The notes beneath the pieces were generated by a model. It saw only the letters and a program-made list of their open reading frames with translations. It ran no database searches and was not told where the DNA came from. Positions 1 through 12,750 of a stretch of 60,000 bases of DNA are shown piece by piece. The DNA is from Vicugna vicugna. Lineage: Eukaryota. The stretch is from assembly GCA_013265495.1 (NCBI GenBank), contig MU058059.1, positions 3,635,502 through 3,695,501 on the forward strand, read 5' to 3'. Made by a program: the position numbers and the translations under genes. Within the stretch, counting starts at the first letter, position 1. Every line of letters starts with the position of its first letter.

Positions 1-1882
1 AGTTCTTGGTGGCACTAAATCCTCCCTCAGTAATTGTAGCCCCAAACTCGGAGCTGGGAGGCCCTAGAAAAGATGTTTTTAGCCAGTCTGGTGGTGGCTG
101 GGAGGCTGCTTTCATATGGGTTTGTCCAAGCCATAAGTTCATGGGCAAGATGGCTGGGAATTGAGAAGATGAAGCTGTGAGCACATGGGATCTGGAGGCA
201 GAAATAGGAAGGGGAAGCAGTGAGCAAGTGTGTTCTGGAAGTTGCTCTCTAAGTCTTCACGCCTTTAGGTAAATTGGAAGAAGACAGAATTATTTCTATC
301 CATGTGGTTAAAAAATAGTTTTTGGTGCAGACAGCTTTATCCCTCGGAACCCATGAAACTATTTAGAATGACCTTTGAGGGTTCTAGCTTGCTGAAGTCT
401 CACTGTATTAATGTTTCTTAAGGACGTGTATACTTTTCCAAGCACTTTCTCCCACATATACCCCTGGTATTGAGCCATCTCACTTACTAAAAACTCCAGA
501 TGCACTTGCTACTGTCACCATGGCGTGCGCTCAGATTCCTCTCCGCCACATGGGACTTGGCGCTCCTGTTTTCCATGCAGCCCCTTCCTAGAGGAGGGTC
601 ACTCCAGCCGCTCTTCCTTCTGCAGCCTTCCCTGGGCAACTCTCTGTCTACATACTCTTCCTTTTTTCCTCTCTCCTTGTAGCACTTTGTTTTGTGAATT
701 CTCTCCTTTAATTTGTCTCCATTTATATATGTATTTTAAGATTCTCTTCCTCTTGTTACGTGGTCTGCAACCTTAGAGTATAACTATCAAAAGTCGTAAG
801 CAGCTGTAGGTTTTCTTTTCACCCAGCTCCCAGGGCTCAGCCTGGAGGGGTGTCAGTGAGGAGCGTTAGTGGGTGTTTTATGGGCTTCATCCCGCCCCCC
901 TGTCGTGTGCGTTTCCTGCTGCTGTGTATTTGGCCTTTGAAAGTTTCTTTTAACCATGACGGATGTTAATGGGAATGTCGTCGTAGGCTTAACTTAGAAA
1001 TAAGAATTTGTGTAATTTGATATTTCTGACATTTGCTTATTTGCATTTACCTTTTTGAAAGTGTTGAGTCTATCTTAGAAATACTGTAAACGTCAGCAGG
1101 GGAGTCATTTCCACAATACTGTATATATGTTTTGTGTAATTACTGATTCAGTTTTTAGACCCTCTTACTAGATTTATATTACATAATTTAAAACCACATA
1201 GAGCCTCTAAAAACCCTCTTGTAGGCCACTGGAAATCATAAGTGCTTAGAAAAAAATTGAGTGTAATTATTAGGATGCTGGAAAAATACTAGAAATCATG
1301 AGGCTCTATGGTTTCTTTGTAGATTTTATTTTCTTAGAATCATTTTTAAACAAATTGATAAGCTCTTGAATAAGTATTTATTTAAAATCTATTTTAGAAG
1401 AATTAGTTATGTCAGAACATTAATATGGTAGTGAGTTTTTAAGTTGCCTAGAATTTCTCCTATAAATACCCCTGTTGTCTAATTTTAAGAGATATTATTG
1501 TTAAATAATGTGAAGCCTAAATTTATATTTTAAGTAGTTTCAATAGACAATTTACTAGATTTTGAGTTTACAGGCATTGTAATAGTTAATGTTGGCAAAG
1601 TTTTGAAAATTTTTCAAGCTGAAGTTTAGAGAGGGTAATTACAGATGTTTATTTTTTAAATAGCCATTTGTTTATTTTATGGGTTGTTAAAGACTTAGCA
1701 GATAAGAAAGGTAGACAATTTAAAAGTAATTTGAAATCATAAAGTTGCTTCTGGATCCTGACTGTAAGTCTTCCAGTTTGGCTTCTTGGATCCTTCCTGG
1801 TTTTCTTCACTTCGGAAGTTAGGGAACGATAAGAAGCCAACAGATGCAGAGTCAGTGTGACGTGTCCTTTCCTCTTACTCAG

Positions 1883-1986
1883 TAATGCTGCAGCCTTTCG
1901 ACTACGACCCCAACGAGAAGAGTAAGCACAAGTTTATGGTACAGACCATTTTCGCCCCACCAAACTTTTCAGATATGGAAGCTGTG
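1883..1986 (+). CDS. VAPA: VAPA exon 3 (MSP domain; ...[35 protein letters not shown])
   Basis: Pyrimidine tract plus AG at 1881-1882, GT donor at 1987 (gtgagt), 104 nt. The translation is VAP MSP-domain sequence and matches 12983-13086 of the spliced copy. Confidence 0.96.
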
Positions 1987-2422
1987 GTGAGTACGGAAGT
2001 TGAACGGAGTTCACTGGGGGATACTGTTTACACTGTGGGTTTTGTTGTTGATTGAGAAACCCAGTTTTTTAAATTAACAAAACCTGTACATCTGTTCACC
2101 GCAGATGATCCTGACTAACTTAAGAATGAAGGGGCTGTGAAGCAGTGTTTCTCAGGGACAGTTGAGAAGTGCTGCTATTCAGAGTAAAGTCCTGTGACCG
2201 CCAGGGATGTCAGTGCGGCTTTAACGGGTGGCGACAGTAGCTCTTGGGGTTACATGACAAGCCCTGTGGCATTGCTGGGTACGGCCAGCGGGGCTCCTGC
2301 AGCCACAGGCCCCTTGACTGCTCCAGGCAGCCACACCAGCCCGTTCCTTGTCCCTTGAGGTGAAGCTGGTTTGTCACGATCACATCTCTTCTATCTCACT
2401 GTTTGGTTTTGTTTGTTTTTAG

Positions 2423-2503
2423 TGGAAAGAGGCAAAACCCGATGAATTAATGGATTCTAAATTGAGATGTGTATTTGAAATGCCCAATGAAAATGATAAA
2501 CTG
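2423..2503 (+). CDS. VAPA: VAPA exon 4 ([27 protein letters not shown])
   Basis: T-rich tract plus AG at 2421-2422, gtaagt donor at 2504, 81 nt. Identical to 13087-13167. Confidence 0.96.
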
Positions 2504-4879
2504 GTAAGTAGAGAAGATTGGAAGCTGCGATACACCGTCAGTTCCTTTGCATCATCTTGCTTCTGGCGTCGGCCTTGGTGGGTGTGCGATGCAGTGCTCC
2601 ACTTGCTAAGACTCGATGCTTCGGTTTTCTGGGACCTCGATGTGGACGTGCTCTTCATTTGCTAGCATTTTGTTCATTCAGGAAGAAAAATGCTTTTTGT
2701 TACAAGCTGTGTGATGGAGAAGAATCATCTTATTCTACCACAATTTTGTCACTTAAACCACTTCAAGTTCTTTTCTAGAATGAGATAATTAAATTACAGA
2801 CATAAACCACTTTTGGCAACTATATTACCAGGAGATATCCTGTATACTGTATTTACATGGACAAGCAGTTTATTCTGAATTAGGCCACTCCCAGGTGTTT
2901 TGCTCACTATTAGTTTTGGTCAAAATACATTCGGTTTTATTCCTTAGTGAATAATTTTAATGTTGCTTTTTAATCAGTATGAGGCAAATACAGCTTGAGG
3001 AACTGCGTTGTGTATGTGTGGAGTTTATAAAGCGGCCTCTGTATAGAATGGGCTCTGCTCATTTTCTTGGTTCCCCTTTGAAATGGACACTTGGATTTTT
3101 TCTGTGGTTTGTGGGAGAGACCTGGAGAGTGAGTAGGTTGTGTGTGTGACGTAATACATGGAATAATACGGATGCACACAGGTGCTGGCCCGGGTAGGGT
3201 GCAGGCCAGCGTGGCTGCCGCCTTGTCTGGCGGCGCCCGCCCCGTCACAGGGTGAGCTCACAGAGTAAGTGTGTGGGCTCCGGTGTGCTGCTTTTTGGGA
3301 CAGGATGAAGTGAGAAAGTGCCAGAGTGGTAGTTAGGTGTTGACCAAATCTTTATTGTGTTTTTAAATGACTTTTTAAAGGGATTTTGAGATGTTTACCA
3401 AAAATAGAAAATGTGACTACTCATGTCCTTACTGGGAAAGGAGGGTTTGACGCGTGTTGGTGCTTCCTGTTCGGAGTTTACTTTGTTTTTGCCGACTCAG
3501 CTGCCAGGAAGCTGATGGCTTGCACAGCTCCTGTTACTGGAACCGAGAAAACATAGCACGTTGTCTGGGTTGGCGAATGTTATTTCCAGTTTTATTGAGC
3601 TCTGCGTGGCATTCAGCACTGTGTAAGTTGAAGGTGTCAGCGTAAAGACTTATCTTACATGTAGAGTGAAGTGATGACTACGGTAAGTTTATTCAACATC
3701 ATCATTTCGTGCAGCTGCAAAAGAGAGAGTCACCGCTCCCCCTGCCCTGGCCATGGTGGGAAGTCTTAGGGTGTGACTGTTACCAGGTGCATCACTTCTC
3801 CAGTCCTTCCTTGTCTTGCAGTTGGAGGCCTGCGCCTGCTGACCACCCTCATCCAGTTCTTCCTCCCCCTGCCCCCACTTCTGGTGACCACAGATCTGAT
3901 CTCTTCTTATTTCGGGGTTTTGTTGTTGTTACTGATGTTTTAAATATTTTAAGAGTCCACATGCGAGTGCGAGCATACAGTGTTTGTCAGGTCAGTTCCT
4001 GCATCCTTTCACCTTAGTGGTCTTTGGTAATTTTCTTGATGTCTCATTTGGCAGGATTATTTCCATGCCCAGACCTGGAACCAGACGCTTCTTCAAGAAG
4101 CTCTGGGTCTTTCTAGTGGGAGATGGTATTTCAAGACCACAATCTGGACCCTGGGAGTAAGACAAAGAATTCCTGTCAAACCATTCTTCCGGCCAAAGTT
4201 CGATTGGGGGCCTGATTGTCATTTAGGGGCACTTCTTCAAATGCTGAAATTTTCACTGTAAATTACGTCAGCATCACATAAATCACGTAAGATGGTGTGC
4301 ATCCTTTTATTTCTTGAGGTAGTGGCTAGATGTTGTGGTTGGGGTACGTTCTTGAAGGTCTTGGGAAATGCAGAACGTGTGAAACGCACACCACCCCTGA
4401 GGAGAACGGCCGGTCACCTCGTGACCCGGAGGCAGTGCTTCTGGAACGAGTGGCTCGTGCGGCTTGTGTGCTGTGCTGATTCCTGACGGGTGTTTTTAAG
4501 TGTTTGGAATTCACATTTCAAGTTCGCACGTGAAATGAGCCTTCCAGGGCTTCATGTTTGTACAGTTCAGATGTGCAGAGGAGCTGCATCCGGGCGGTGC
4601 TGTCTGCAGCCCAGCAGCGGCCTTCAGCGAGGGTGCAGCAGACACACGCTTCCCGACGTATACTGGATTGGAAGGCTCTGTGCGCAGATGAGCTTGGAAA
4701 AATGCTATCAATACTGTGTCTCCCAATAAATAAGCACACTGCATATTTGCATATTCAAAGCCCTGAGTAAAGAAAATATGGTTAACCTAGTATTTCTTTT
4801 TTCTTTCATATAATACAGTTAACTTCTCATGGAATGCCTGGTGTTCTGTAAAATACACTTTTGGAAACATTAATACTGC

Positions 4880-5175
4880 TTAAACTCATTTTTTTCTAAC
4901 ATTTTTGATTGGTTTATAATCATTTTACAATGTGTCAAATTCCAGTGAAGAGCACAATTTTTCAGTTATACATGAACATATATATATTCATTGTCACATT
5001 TTTTTCTCTGTGAGCCACCGTAAGATCTTGTGTCTATTTCCCTGTGCTATACAGTGTAATCTTGTTTATCTATTCTACAATTTTGAACTCCCAGTCTGTC
5101 CCTTCCCACCCCCGCCCCCTTGGCAACCACTAGTTTGTATTCTGTGTCTGTGGGTCTGTTTCTGTTAAACTCATT
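4880..5175 (-). mobile_element. 5'-truncated L1 3'-end insertion with target-site duplication
   Basis: Antisense L1 3'UTR motifs (ccctgtgctatacagt, ggcaaccactagtttg) flanked by the direct repeat ttaaactcatt at 4880-4890 and 5165-5175. Confidence 0.75.
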
Positions 5176-7134
5176 CTTGTGGTGCTACTAACCTGCAGAT
5201 TGTACAAGAAATCTCAGTGACTGAGAAATGTATTCAAATTGAGTGTGGCCTGGCCCAGACCTGGTTCCATCTGAATGGTTGATTATATGACTTCCTGTTA
5301 AGTCATCAGTTTAATGTTGCATCTCATCCTTTGTAGAAGATATGAAACCTCGAAGTAACCAAATCTGGAGTGTTCATAATAGTACAAAACACACAATTTT
5401 GGGGGTGTATTTGTTACACTAGTTTAGGATGAAACCACGTGTGTATATACACATTCATACACGTGTACGAGTACATGTAGACCCCTCTTTTGTGATGCTC
5501 CGTGTGTTGGTTAGTGCAGCTTGCCATTTCCAGCTTAGTAGTGTTTGGGGGTGAGTGGATACAACGGCCTGCAGACCACAGTACTTGGACACACTGACTT
5601 CTTCCTAGCATGCGTGGACACGGTTAGAACATTGCCGAGCGTCCTTTTTCTGTCTGTCTGTCTTCCGTTTGGTATGAACCTTGACTGTGAGGGAATTAGG
5701 GCATCACTGAGTAGAGTTTTGCCTGGATAAGAGCTGTCAGCGCCACAGATGAGCTGGTACGATGCCATATGACTTACACGTACTGATTACAGGTGACGCT
5801 CCCTTGTTCCAGGAAAACACATTTCTAAATGTGCAAGATTCACAAAAATGTAATGAGAACTGTTGGTATTGTGTATTTTTAGAAGTAGAATATAAAATAC
5901 ATTTTCTTAGTTTATACTTATAATTGCTGTACAGTACATTCCTATAGTGACATGGTTTGACTGTTTTTAGTTTCGTTGTTAGTAGGTTTTAAAAAGTATG
6001 TTATTTTAAGCAAAATTCAATTCAGTTTTTAACTAAGTTTCTGGCAACAACTTGTGGTTTAATACGCAGCTCTGTCCGGATTGGACGTGTAGTTTGTGTT
6101 CAGAGAAGGGAAGCCCTTCTCTGTTCATTGCAGTTAGTGGTCCCTTGCACATTTGCTCTGAAGAGTCCATTGTCAGAATGTGTGATCTTTAGTCCTCGGC
6201 TTGGAAAAACTTGGTTAGTATCCGGAGCTGACGGATAGCACAGCTGCTGCCACAGTTGTTGGTTCCTTCTTCCCATGGCTGGTGTAGGCCTTGTGACGCT
6301 CTGTGAAGCACCGTGTCCCACTCGCCCCTGCCTGCAGCTTCTCACGCACCTATCCGTGCCCCCCAAAGGTGTAGACTGGTATTTCATGGAAGTACATGGT
6401 GTAAGTATACCTCACCTGTTTGAAAATCTGGATCTTCTTAGGCGTGCTGTTAGTTCTTGGGTGTTTACTGTTTCTAAGAACAGTTGGAAAACGGTGAGTT
6501 ATTATTATGTTGATTTCTTTGGGTTTCTTAGGACCCTGATACCGAATGTGTAACTAAGATGATGATTGAAGTATTTGGTCACCTTGTAGGGTAGGAAAGT
6601 TGCCAGCTTTAGAAGTATAGTGATTGAGTCCATGTTTTCATTTTTGAAGTTTAAAGAAGTCATTTTTTGGTGATAAAACAGTCCTAATTTACTAGAACCG
6701 TCATTAGAATATGAGCTTCTTTTTGGGAAATAGCTATTTGATTTGGATCATACTTAGAAGGACCTAGGATTCTGAGAATCCTTTTATTTTAGAATAAAAG
6801 GAGGTACCGTTAACATTATTCCCGGACAGCAGGCATTAGCTAATAGTGCCTTCAGGCACTAAAATGCATTCCTAGCCCTTGGAACCACAGGCCCTAGGCT
6901 GGATGCATGTCACTGAGTTAATGGCCCGCAGCCTCAGTCGAGTTGTGTTCGGGGCTGCTCCTGAGAGCCACTCAGCCCCTCCCCCAGGCTGCTGGTGGCT
7001 GGACGTGGATGGTGTTTTACAAAGTGGGGTTCTCTGAGTTGTTAGCTCTTTTTAGTTATTATCAACTCCATATTTTGAAATCTAATGTCTAATTACTGGT
7101 CGTGTTTTTTCAGGATTGAATGGTTTTATATACC

Positions 7135-7270
7135 TTTTTTTTAATTTGTTTATTTTGCTGGGGGGAGGTAATTAGGTTTATTTGCTTTTGGAGGAGGTAC
7201 TGGGGATTGAACCCAGGACCTTGTGTGGTGTGTTCAGCATGGCTCTGGCACTTGAGCTGTGGCATCCCCC
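7135..7270 (-). mobile_element. tRNA-derived SINE (camelid Vic-1-like)
   Basis: ggggattgaacccaggacc (antisense B-box), gggggaggtaattaggttta and a T-rich tail; similar to the copies at about 10731 and 38490. Confidence 0.75.
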
Positions 7271-8322
7271 TAATTAACCTGTTACTTATGTTTTATCCCC
7301 TTTCACTTCTTTGTATTGAGATAAAAAATTGTTTTGGTTTGTTTTGAGGCCACCAACTCCACTTGACATTTTCCAAGTTTTAAAAATGTGTTGTATTTCA
7401 TTTATGCCCCCATTTAACATCTGTTAATGACATATTTTGTAGGAAAAGACACTGACTTGTCTTAATGAAGACTGAAGGGCTGTCAAGAAGAGGGAATTTC
7501 AGGGGTCCTAGGAATAGACGTTTTATGATTTAAATATGCATTGTTTTCTGTTGAGACAGAGCAGATTGGGAACAGTGTATTATTAATAAGTAAGGTGGAC
7601 TTGTCTTAGTTACATACAGTGACCTGGGTCAGTAAGTATTATTTCAGAGTCTGTACAGCCTTTTTGTATAATAGTATTTTTATGTGTATTAAAGGAATTT
7701 GAGAAGATAGGAAGAGAACTGTGGAGATGATAATGGTATAACTAGAATATTATGTGTGTCCTTGTTTATTGGTTGTGGGACATAGTAGGGGTGTGTGTGT
7801 GTGTATGTGCGTGTGTGTGTGTTTCGGGAGGGGAGTCGTTGAATACAGGAGAGGTTTATAAATCCTTGCAGTTTTCACACGCTTGAGGAAGAAATTAATT
7901 TGACTTAAAAATCGTTCAGGTTGAGTGCTACCGAAGGTAAGGAAGTATGAAGTGCTTATTTTTCGGATATTGACAAGTATTGATTGGTAACAAAAATTCA
8001 GAGCTACACCATTAGAAGGTATTCATTTTAGGACATGAGGCTAGCATAAGTTCAGTAAGGTTTATATACTTAGTAACCGTAATGCCAGTTTAATCATAAC
8101 CAATTTTGTTTGGAAAGTCATATAAAAAGTTCAGAAATGTTACACTTTTTGCTTTAACATAGCTGTTACTTTTATTACTGTTACTTCTTACGTGTAGCAC
8201 ATTTCTGTAGGATAATGTGTATGTTGTAGAGCCTAATGATTTCTGTGTCAGTCATTCCCAGTCCCGTGCAGGAGAAGTCAGAGCTCGGGGTGACTCTGAG
8301 ACTGTTTCCCATGCCGCCCCAG

Positions 8323-8433
8323 GGTGTAGCTCCACCGGCGACCGCCCCGGCTGGCACTCCGCTGAGCAGCACCAGCAGCACAGGCGCGACGCCTGCCAGG
8401 GGACTCAGTGTGTTCAAACAGGAGAAACGGAAG
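8323..8433 (+). CDS. VAPA: VAPA alternative in-frame cassette exon of the long isoform (GVAPPATAPAGTPLSSTSSTGATPARGLSVFKQEKRK)
   Basis: cccag acceptor at 8321-8322, gtttgt donor at 8434, 111 nt, phase 0/0. Resembles the human long-isoform insert between exons 4 and 5 (GITPP...RGLSVLKQEKQK, from memory). Confidence 0.8.
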
Positions 8434-10730
8434 GTTTGTTTTAGGGAGCTGTCAGACACAGGGGTCTGCTAGGGTTGCTGCTTCTGTTCATGCAGTTGCC
8501 TGGCACGTGCGTGGTACTTACTGTGTGCTGCGTGAAGTAATTAGAACTGAAATTGTCAGCTATGTTTGAAGTTACAGTAGGACCAGTTAAAAGTCAGGCA
8601 TGCAGACTATTCTGTTCTAAAAAAGCAAATGCGGCGCTTAATAAAATCTCAGTAGTGAGCAGGACAGATGTGCGAGCAAACTTGACTGTGGCGCTGGCGC
8701 AGGTTCTCCTGTCCCTGGGGTTTGAGCAGACCAGCAAGCGCAGCAGTGAAGGTGGGAGCTGGCGTACGCTGCTCTCCAGGCAAATATTTGTGTTCATGTG
8801 TTTGAAAAAGACAAACGAAATTGCTGCTTTATGTTTTGTTACCAGATGCCAGCAACGGTAACCCTTCTCTAACTGTCACTGTTAGTTGTTTACAAATGCC
8901 CCGGGTAGGGGATCTGTGGCAAAAGCACCAACGATCTTCAGGCCATATTTGCATTTATTAATTTCTCTGTGTGTGTGTCTGTGTGTACACACTGTCCTTA
9001 ACAGTCACTCAGGTAGAACTGAAGGCACCTCAGTCAGGTGACAGTGACTCTCGGTGACGTAGTGGCTGCTGTGTGATTCTCTGTGCCATTTCATGCTTAC
9101 TGGGAGCTTTAGGAACCCCACAGTGGGGACAGGTTGCTTTCACTTTGATTAGGCTTTGCAGGGAATATGTGTGCTGAGGCTGAAAAAAAATCCTTTCTTT
9201 AAATGTCTAATAGTTTAAAAATTTTGTGCGTTTAGTTACTTACTTCTGGGAATCCTAATCCTCGAGAAAAAGTAAATGAGTTGTTTAGAGTGAAAATAAA
9301 TCTTCAGTAACTTTATTATTCAAATACTGCCTCTTTCCAGGGTAAGGCCCTTCCTAAGCCTCCTGGCAGCTTCATGCCGTGGCTCTTGGCTTTAGCCTCT
9401 TAACTCCCTGTACGTACCTTTGGTCCCTCACAGTAGTCAGCAGAACGGAGCCCCACGTTGACATTCTTTTTGCTCCTTTATCCATCCCAAGGCGTCAGTG
9501 AAAAACCTACTTTGCCTTGTATTTTCCCTTTCCCTTTCTGTCCAGTCCCTAAGCCCTCACGTTTTCTGATTACCCCGCAAGAGGAATAACTTGGAATATT
9601 GGAACTGAAATTCTGAAGGTTTTTTAAAAAAATACAGAAGTAAATTCAGCTCATAGACGGAGGGGGATTACTGCAGAGAGTCTGAATAATGTAAAACTGG
9701 AAAATGCACGAAATAGCATGTTTTCTTCTTGTCTTGATATTGTGGCTTTGACCATTCTGAGTTGCAGTGTCAGACGTAATGGTTAGTGTGACGTTACTCT
9801 TCGCCAGTTGCCGAAGAGGCACAGCATGTTGAATCCCCCCGTTGGCTTGTTTCGTGGTCCTCAGGACAGCCACGCTCCCCTTTCTGGACCAGTTGAGGCG
9901 CCCCTCAAGGAACTCGCTGCTTTCTGGAGCCAGACCTCATTGTGGCCCCTGAGAGGAAGCGCGAGGTGCATAGCCTCAGCGAGTCCACCAGGCTCTTCAG
10001 GGGTCCCTCCACCCCCACCGCGTTAGGTCATGGATGCTCTTGCGTGACAGAAGTTAATTTTAAGTAAAGTAGGTTTCTTTGCCTCTGCTGTGTGTGCTGA
10101 CTGGCTGTGGTGGCCTGCGTGGTGCTGAGCACGTGGTACTCATGCACTCAGCGTAACTTCTTGATGACTTCCTTGGCCCACTTTTGGAAAGCGTTTAAGC
10201 TTCACTGTATCCTTGGCATTCTAACATTTATGCTTCACAGATTGATTATGACATTTTTTCTCCTTTTTCTTATAAAAGCAATGTAACAATATTAAGAAAA
10301 ATTTCAGTAAAAAGAAAATCTAATTGTGCCACGGTGAAAAGATACTGATTGACATGTTATTTAAAATCTCAAAGAGTAGAAAGCTAGCCATCAGGTGTCT
10401 AACGAGTAATTGTGGTAAGGCACAGAACAGAATATTGAATGACATTGTGTCATTTAAATAATACCTATATAAAGGATGCATGTATAAACAAATAAAAAAT
10501 GTTACATGTATGCTGACTCTAAAATACGCACACGACAAATGTCGGAAGATGATATATAAGCAGTAGTTGTGTTGGGCTGATGAGAGAATGGGGGCTATCT
10601 TCCTCTTTTCCTCTCATGATTCAATTTTCTGGAACTTCAAGAATTTGTTTAAAAATAGGAGGCTGTGAGGAGTTTGATGAGTCCTCGTTTTAATTTTTTT
10701 TCTCTCCATCTGTTGGCCTCTCATCTCTCT

Positions 10731-10866
10731 ATTTTTTATACTTGTAGTCGGTGGGGAGGCGATTAGGTTTTATTTATTTATTTTTTAATGGAGGGACTGG
10801 GGATTGAACCCAGGACCTCCTGCATGCTAAGCACTTGCTCTGCCCCTGAGCTGTGCCCTTCCCCCA
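10731..10866 (-). mobile_element. tRNA-derived SINE (Vic-1-like)
   Basis: ggggaggcgattaggttt...ggggattgaacccaggacc...ctgagctgtgccc. Confidence 0.75.
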
Positions 10867-11884
10867 CTTCTTACTTTCTTGTCAGCTCTCTGGTATGAGT
10901 GTGGTGTTTTTCTGGAACCTGAAGACTGCTTAGTTGCCGCGTAGCTGGCTCTGGGCCTTTGCCTTCACAGGGAAGGCCACGCCATCCTTGTTTGCAGACG
11001 TTAGTCTGATTCCAGGTTGGAATCTGAGCACACTTGAAAAGTCCCTTTGAAATGAATTCTAGTTACTGCTAGGGAAAGAGTAGGAAGGAGAGTCAGGTAT
11101 GTGCGAGACAGGGTTGTTACTCGTGGTGGGGTGGGCCGGGGGCAGGGGAAGGCGGTGAGGAAAGGGCGAGCGCGCTGGCCCCAGGGGGACGCCGAGCAGC
11201 CTGAGGCACTTGTTCACCACGATTCCGGCGAGCGTCTCAGTGTCTCGAGGCGGAGTGGAGAGTGTTGCTGAGGAGATGAAGGGACCCTCTCTCTGTTTGC
11301 GTCCCAGGTCGTGGAATTGAGTCCCTTTTCTTTTCCCGTGATGCGTGTTTGTGTTCATTATCTTCCCTTCAGTGTTTATTTCCTTCCATTATCTTTTCCC
11401 ACTGATCGAAGTTAGGTTTTCTTTTACGTGTTTTTCGTAGGCAGTCTCCTAATTTTATCGGCATAATTGTGATAATGCCCCCTTTCCCCTAGCACCTCAT
11501 TTGAATGACAGAGTCAGAGCACTGAAAGCTAGCTTCACGTGTGGGTTTTGGCTGGCGTCAGTCACTCAGCGCAGTGCCCGGAGCGCTGGGCTCGGGGGTG
11601 GGTGCGGGGAGCGTGGCTGCCACTCCCCCGGCGCTGCTGTAGGAAGGGGCATCCGAGGGGCTGCGGAGCCTCCCCCGGGACGGATGAGGGAGAGGGCCAC
11701 GTGCCTCGTTTGCTTAACAAACATTTGGTACCTAGAAACCTTCTCAATAACGAAATTGAAAATCGTCAAAACTTCATTGAAATACTTTTTTGGAGAAGAA
11801 GGATGTGGCATTTACGGTTCTTTGTAAGGCCAGTGAGGAGACTGAGTCCATTAAACAGCTCCCTCCGCTGTCTCTGTTACGCAG

Positions 11885-12058
11885 AATGACATGGAGCCTA
11901 GCAAAACGGCGCCCCTGAACGCCGCGAAACAAGACGGGCCGCTGCCCAAGCCGCACAGCGCTTCCCTCAGCGACACGGAGACCAGGAAGCTGATGGAGGA
12001 GTGCAAGCGGCTGCAGGGGGAGGTGCTGAAGCTGTCGGAGGAGAACCGGCACCTGAGG
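11885..12058 (+). CDS. VAPA: VAPA exon 5 (linker and coiled coil; NDMEPSK...EENRHLR)
   Basis: AG at 11883-11884, gtgagt donor at 12059, 174 nt, VAP coiled-coil translation. Confidence 0.96.
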
Positions 12059-12607
12059 GTGAGTGCGCCGGAGGCTGTGCCTGCCTGTCCTGCTTAGCTT
12101 TATCCTCTTGCAGTTCTGTTTTCTTCCCCCAGTTTGATCACGTCCTGGTTGCGGTGCCCCACCCCTAGCCAGAGCCCACAAACCGTCAGAAGAGCCAGTA
12201 CTGCACATGAAGCAGTGTGAGATCAGGTGGACTCTTGGTCGGTGTTAGTGAACACACTGGAGGAATCAGAGTGGGTGCGTAAGCATGAGCTTGCGCCAAG
12301 GAGGTGGAAGCCCTGCCCTGCCGTTCCTCTGGTCGGGGTCTGCGCCCGATGAAGCCAGCTGCCCCGGCAAATGGGCGTCATCACTCTCCCCATGGTCATT
12401 CTATACCTGCTAAGTGTCGTAACAGCCTCCTACTTCAAATGACAGCTGTTTTCTTGATGAGAGACCTTGCCCCGAAAATCATGGACTGTCAGAGACTTTG
12501 CCGTGTGAAAACGTATCAGTAGGAGCAGAGCAGCCCACTCTCGCCGGGGGGTGGGCCGCAGTCACCGATGCAGACACAGCCCCCCTCCCCAGTCCAGCAG
12601 CAGAACC
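11885..12607 (+). repeat. Copy 1 of a 723-bp direct duplication (exon 5 plus first 549 nt of intron 5)
   Basis: No differences from 13168-13890 found by eye (offset 1283). The ORF track shows identical peptides at 12304-12522 and 13587-13805. Confidence 0.95.
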
Positions 12608-12750
12608 ACCACCGACGGAGCGGCGGGCGTCGGCTTCGGAGCCGAGGGTGGCCCCGTGTGGAGCCGGGCCGAGCCGCGCCGCCGCCGCTCCCCGCCCGCA
12701 GCTAGCGAGCCGCCGCCGCGGGCGCGTCCCCGCTCTGCACTGTCTGTCCG

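Noticed and set aside
12591..12705. Cryptic acceptors (ccccag/tccag/cag) before the copy that might splice exon 5 into it and give a tandem double-MSP protein
   Set aside because: The frame matching ATG 12751 hits TAG at 12703-12705, and the acceptor at 12592 is out of frame and stops at 12847. Such products would carry premature stops.
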